A model generated the notes under the pieces. That model was not told where the DNA came from. It ran no database searches and saw only the letters and a list, made by a program, of their open reading frames with translations. Positions 63,776 through 64,000 of a stretch of DNA of 64,000 nt are shown one piece after another; the first letter of the stretch is position 1; each line of letters opens with the position of its first letter. The DNA comes from Malacoraja senta (lineage: Eukaryota): NCBI GenBank assembly GCA_038087875.1, contig CM075995.1:9798001-9862000 (forward strand), given 5' to 3'. The position numbers were made by a program, and so were the translations under genes.

Positions 63776-64000
63776 CTAACATTTGTGGCAGGAAAGTTAA
63801 TAAAGGATGATTCTCAGAGATAGAGTCCACCAGCATTTTGAGTGTGGGAAATTGTGTCTCACAAACCTAATTGAGGTTTTTGAAGAGCTGAGCAAGAGGA
63901 TTGATGAGGTCAGGGCAGGGCATTAAAAGTCATTTATATGATGAAAAAGAAGTCTGGCATATTGCCTTCATGAGTTGGGGTACTGAGTACAAGAGTTTGG

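Overview
Eukaryotic (vertebrate) genomic DNA, repeat-dense, with a 200-N scaffold gap at 10965-11164. The CR1, Penelope, V-SINE and Deu-SINE repeat complement suggests a cartilaginous fish such as a skate or ray (inference). The window holds the 5' half of the plectin gene (PLEC) on the minus strand. I translated by hand five alternative coding first exons matching mammalian exons 1 (S10 domain), 1d, 1b, 1g and 1a. All five end in phase 1 and lie in what I recall as the mammalian order. Constitutive exons 2, 6, 7, 8, 9 and 10 are present with GT-AG boundaries and consistent phases; exons 3-5 are absent and probably lie in the gap. Main candidates for novelty: (i) an apparently extra phase-2 first exon inside intron 6 (8294-8463) that would give a plectin lacking most of the actin-binding domain and carrying a basic N-terminus; (ii) about a dozen Penelope-derived minimal hammerhead ribozyme motifs, three with intact cores, one of them sense to the plectin pre-mRNA; (iii) candidate non-coding first exons. 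The rest is CR1, Rex1/Babar, Tx1 and Penelope retroelement fragments, a Tc1 transposon, hAT-like elements, SINEs and many exon-adjacent minisatellites. Most ORFs in the supplied track are repeat artefacts. Comparisons to mammalian sequences are from memory, not from a search.
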